Origin: Squalus acanthias
Taxonomy: Eukaryota
Direction: 5' to 3'
DNA length: 64,000 bases
NCBI GenBank assembly: GCA_030390025.1
Contig: CM059425.1
Location: forward strand, 84,878,001 to 84,942,000
Positions within the stretch are counted from its first letter, which is position 1. Every line of letters starts with the position of its first letter. The notes beneath the pieces are model-generated. The model saw nothing but the letters and a program-made list of their open reading frames with translations. It made no database searches and had not been told where the DNA came from. The translations under genes were made by a program, and so were the position numbers. Shown here piece by piece: positions 59,742-64,000 of the stretch.

Positions 59742-60529
59742 CTTTTTAATACCGTGAGTGAATAAAACTGTAATGAATCATTTAATGATAGAACTGGGGA
59801 CTGAGTCGTGCAGTGGATTAGAATTCTGTCTTTTCATTTGGGAGCTAGTTCAAATCTAGTCTCCTCACTATGAAGACTGTAAAGGGCCCAAGTGAAGACA
59901 AGTCCTCCACATCATAGGGTAAATTGTGTGACTGCTCCCAGCACACAGCCTCATCCGATTCGGGAATTCGTGATGAGCACCCTACAGATTGCCCAACATG
60001 TGGGCCTGCCGGTTAAGGTTCCATACCAAGAATGATCATTCATGAAACGTACCCCCATAGACATGAGCCCCTAAATAAAATCAATCAAGTAATTCCACGT
60101 GGAGACTATAAACTCACATGTGCTCTCATGTGCAATTCTCCTATCTTCCAAAAGGTGAACTAGTCAACATTCTAGTGAGACAGGGCCAACTGTAAATCAT
60201 CAAACTGATTTATTTTACATGTACTATTTGAACGATCCGAATACAATTTACAGTGAATTTCACTCCTAACACACCTCACAACAAGCTGACATGGTGTGCA
60301 AAAAATAATGGTTCAGATAACTACGAGGAGGCCTAAAATGGGCGAAGAACCTGGCAAGGCTGGGGATGCGAATTTAACGGCAGGACCTCATTATCATTTT
60401 TTTATTCCATATCCCGACTGGCAGCCGGACAAATCGACAGTCTGGCCGGCAGCAAGGATGGAAAACCAGCGGCAGGAGGCTGCAACCGGGGACAGAGGCT
60501 GCAATCAGCAGGGGGGGGGGGGGTCGAAG

Positions 60530-61908
60530 GAACATAGGAACAGGTGTAGGCCATTGAGCCCTTCAAGCCTGTTCCGCCATTCAATGAGATCATGGCTGAT
60601 CTGTGACCTAACTCCATATACCTGCCTTTGGCCCATATCCCTTAATACCTTTGGTTAACAGAAAGCTATCAATCTCAGATTTAAAATTAACAATTGATCT
60701 CGCATCAATTGCCGTTTATGGAAGAGAGTTCCAAACTTCTACCACCCTTTGTGTGTAGAAGTGTTTCCTAATTTCACTCCTGAAAGGTCTGGCTCTAATT
60801 TTTAGACTATACCCCTAGTCCTAGATTCCCCAATCACCGGAAATAGTTTCTATCTACCCTATCTGTTCCCCTTAATATCTTGAAAACTTCGATCAGACCG
60901 CCCCTGGATATGGCGATAAGGCTGGTGAATGGAATTGAGGCAGAAGATCAGCCATGATCTCATTGAATGGCGGAGCAGGCTCGAAGGGCCGAATGGCCTA
61001 CTCCTGCTCCTATTTCTTATGTTCTTAACCTTCTAAATTCAAGGGAATACAACCCTAATTTGTGTAATCTCTCCTCGTAACTTAACCCTTGGAGTCTGGG
61101 TATCATTCTGGTAAACCTACACTGCACTCCCTCCAAAGCCAGTATATCCTTCCTAAGGTGTGGTGCCCAGAACTACTCACAATACTCCAGGTGTGGTCTA
61201 ACTAGGGTTTTGTACAGCTGCAGTGTAACTTCTACCCCCTTGTACTCTAGCCCTCTAGATATAAAGGCTAGCATTCCATTAGCCTTTTTGATTATTTTCT
61301 GTACCTGTTCATGACATTTTAATGATCTCTGTACCTGGACCCCAAGTCTTTTTGGACCTCCACTGTTTTTAGCTTTTCACCATTTAGAAAGTATCCTGTT
61401 CTATCCTTTTTAGGTCCAAAATGGATGACCTCTCATTTGCTTATATTGAAATCCATTTTCCAAAGTTTTTCCCATTCACTTAATTTATTGATATCCCATT
61501 ATAATTTTATGCTTTCATCTATACTGTCTACAATGCCGCCTATCTTTGTGTCATGGGAAAAATTTGGATATATGACATTCTATGCCATCATCTAAGCCAT
61601 TAATAAATACTGTGAATAGTTGAGGCCCCAACACCGATCCCTGTGGGACACCACCAGTCACATCCTGCCAATTTGAGTACCTACCCATTATCCCTAGTCT
61701 CTGTCTCCTGCCGCTCAGCCAATTTCCTAAACAAGTCAATAATTTGCCTTGAATTCCATGAGCTTCAACTTTAGCTAACAGTCTCTTATGTGGGACTTTA
61801 TCAAATGCCTTCTGGAAGTCTATATAAATAACATCCATAGACATTCCCCTGTCCATGACCTTAGTCACCTCCTCAAAAAATTCAATCAGGTTTGTCAGGG
61901 ACCTTTCA
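60530..61908 (-). mobile_element. CR1 fragment (RT to 3' tail) with a plus-strand CR1 tail nested at about 60906-61026
   Basis: ORF 61551-61979: LTNLIEFFEEVT...DFQKAFDKVPH...GVPQGSVLGPQLF. Confidence 0.92.
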
Positions 61909-62180
61909 CAGGTTTCCTTGAGGGGCCGGGGAGTGCACTCCTGCTCTTCCGGGCCCACAAGGAGTGCTGGAAAAGACACTTAACTTGGGGGGCCGGTAGC
62001 TCCCTTTCACTGCCAAGTTTTCTGACCTCTGGGAAACTCGCATGGCAGCAGTGAATTTTAAATCAGGCTCTCAATTGCACTGTGGGAGCCTGATTTAAAT
62101 ATGTTAATGAAATCGCTCCGATATCCCCACCGTAAAAACGGCAACGAGCGAGTTGGGGACGTGTTCCCCATACTTAAGTC

Positions 62181-62375
62181 TTGAACAGGATAGTTAGGCT
62201 AAATACGTGGCTTGAGCAGTGGTGTAAGAGGGAGGGTTTTAAATTTTTGAGGCATTGGGACCAGTTTTGTGGTAGGTGTGACCTATACAAAAGGGACGGT
62301 CTACACCTGTGCAAAGATGGAACTGATGTTCTCGGGGTAAATTTTGATAAAGCAGTTCGGGAGCATTTAAACTAG
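62181..62375 (+). CDS. CR1 ORF1 C-terminus (SGNH/esterase-like domain), 5'-truncated
   Basis: LNTWLEQWCKREGFKFLRHWDQF...LYKRDGLHL...LN*, with the DGLH motif typical of CR1 ORF1 esterase domains. Confidence 0.85.
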   Translation: MNRIVRLNTWLEQWCKREGFKFLRHWDQFCGRCDLYKRDGLHLCKDGTDVLGVNFDKAVREHLN

Positions 62376-64000
62376 TATGGCAGGGGGCTAGAAACCCATG
62401 TAGTGAAATAGAGGAAAGTGAAAGGCAGACAGAAATAAATGGTAAAAAGGAGAGGAACAAAAAACAAAGGGCCAAACTAATTCATAAAAAATGTGAGCAT
62501 AAAAAAAGCCTGAGGGTTTTATACCTTAATGCGAGAAGCATCAGGAACAAGGTAGATGAATTAGCTGTGGAAATAGAGGTTAATAATTATGATCTAATTG
62601 GGATTACGGAAACATGGTTGCAGGGTGAGCAGGGCTGGGAGCTTAACATACAGGGGTATTCAGTATTTAGGAAGGATCGACAAAAAAGAAAGGGAGGAGG
62701 GGTAGCATTGCTGGTAAAAGAGGGGATAAATGCAATTGAAAGGAAGGATATTAACTCAGTTAATACAGAATCTATATGGGTGGAGCTAAGAAATAGCGAG
62801 GGGCGAAAAACATTAATAGGAGTGGTATATAGGCCTCCAAATAGTAAAATAGAGGTTGGGGAGGGCATCACGAGGGAAATTAGAGAAGCGTGCAATAAGA
62901 GCACAGCTGTCATCATAGGTGACTTTAACTTACATATAGATTGGACTAGCCTAATCAGTAAAAATAATGAGGAGGAGGAATTCCTTGAGTGTTTAAGGGA
63001 TGGTTATCTGGATCAATATGTCGAGGAACCAACTCGGGAACAGGCTATATTGGACTGGGTACTGTGCAATGAGAAGGGACTAATTAGTAATCTTGTTGTA
63101 CGGGGACCCTTGGGTCAGAGCGATCATAACATGATCGATTTCTCACTCGAAATGGAGAGCGAAGAAATTGACTCAGAGACTCAGGTCCTGAATTTAAACA
63201 AGGGGAATTATGATGCCATTAGACGGGAACTGAGTAGGTCTGATTGGACAACGTTCCTGGGAGGACTGGAGGTAGATAAACAATGGCAAGCATTTAAAGA
63301 TAGAATGACAAAATTGCAAAAATTGTTTATACCAATCTGGCATAAAAGGAAATCTAAAAAGGTGACTCAACCGTGGATAACAGGGGAAATTAGAGACAGC
63401 ATAAAATCCAAAGATAGGGCGTATAAAATAGCCAAAAAACGCGCCAGAGCGGAAGATTGGGAACAGTTTAAGATAGAGCAAAGGAGGGCAAAGGGCTTAA
63501 TCAAGAAGGGCAAAATAGCTTACGAAAGCAAGCTGGCGGAAAATATAAAAACTAACTCCAAAAGCTTTTATAAGTATATCAAGAGGAAAAGACTGGTGAA
63601 AACCAAAGTTGGTCCATTGCAGTCAGATACGGGGGAATATATAATGGGAAATAAGGAAATGGCAGACCAACTAAATGCATACTTTGGGTCAGTCTTTACG
63701 AAGGAAGACACAAAAAACCTCCCTGGGATATCGGGAAAAATAGGGACATTGGCAAAGGAGGAACTGACGCAAATCAATATCTCTAAGGATATGGTGTTAA
63801 GGAAGCTAAAGGGATTGAAGGCGGACAAATCCCCAGGGCCTGATAACATGCATCCTAGGGTACTGAAGGAGGTGGCCCTAGAGATAGCGGATGCACTAAG
63901 CATGATTTTTCAGAATTCATTAGACTCGGGAACAGTGCCCATGGATTGGAGGGTAGCTAACGTTACCCCACTATTCAAAAAGGGGGGTAGGGAAAAAGCA
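62351..64000 (+). CDS. CR1 ORF2 (APE endonuclease, linker, start of RT), uninterrupted to the window edge
   Basis: Translated by hand: open after TAA (62348-62350) through LYLNARS, ITETW, GGGVA, YRPP, GDFN, SDH, PWIT, KSPGPD and DWRVANVTPLFKKG. Absent from the ORF track, presumably because no stop lies inside the window. Confidence 0.93.

Overview
Vertebrate nuclear DNA, almost certainly from a cartilaginous fish (shark-type HE1 V-SINE, Deu-domain SINEs, shark-type CR1/L2/Penelope/Harbinger families). The window is intergenic or intronic: I found no recognisable host gene, rRNA, functional tRNA or CRISPR array. More than half of it appears to be nested transposon sequence. This comprises many CR1 LINE pieces (one intact-looking copy runs off the right edge), L2 pieces, several SINE families, a young inverted Penelope-like element with hammerhead ribozyme cores, tiny Penelope-derived inserts with 13-15 bp target-site duplications (TSDs), a pogo/Tigger-type MITE, and a graded deletion series of PIF/Harbinger elements. 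Most notable: (1) a U_UUA_AAC slippery heptamer exactly at the CR1 ORF1/ORF2 junction, where ORF2 has no AUG before the end of its endonuclease domain (candidate -1 frameshift); (2) hammerhead cores with compensatory changes, including a 90-bp insert that is mostly the ribozyme and its flank; (3) Harbinger elements that keep a spliced Myb/SANT gene but have a hollowed-out transposase; (4) MITE hairpins with covariation. All calls were made by eye. Family names come from remembered consensus motifs, and ends of degenerate copies are approximate. I cannot claim a confirmed new system.
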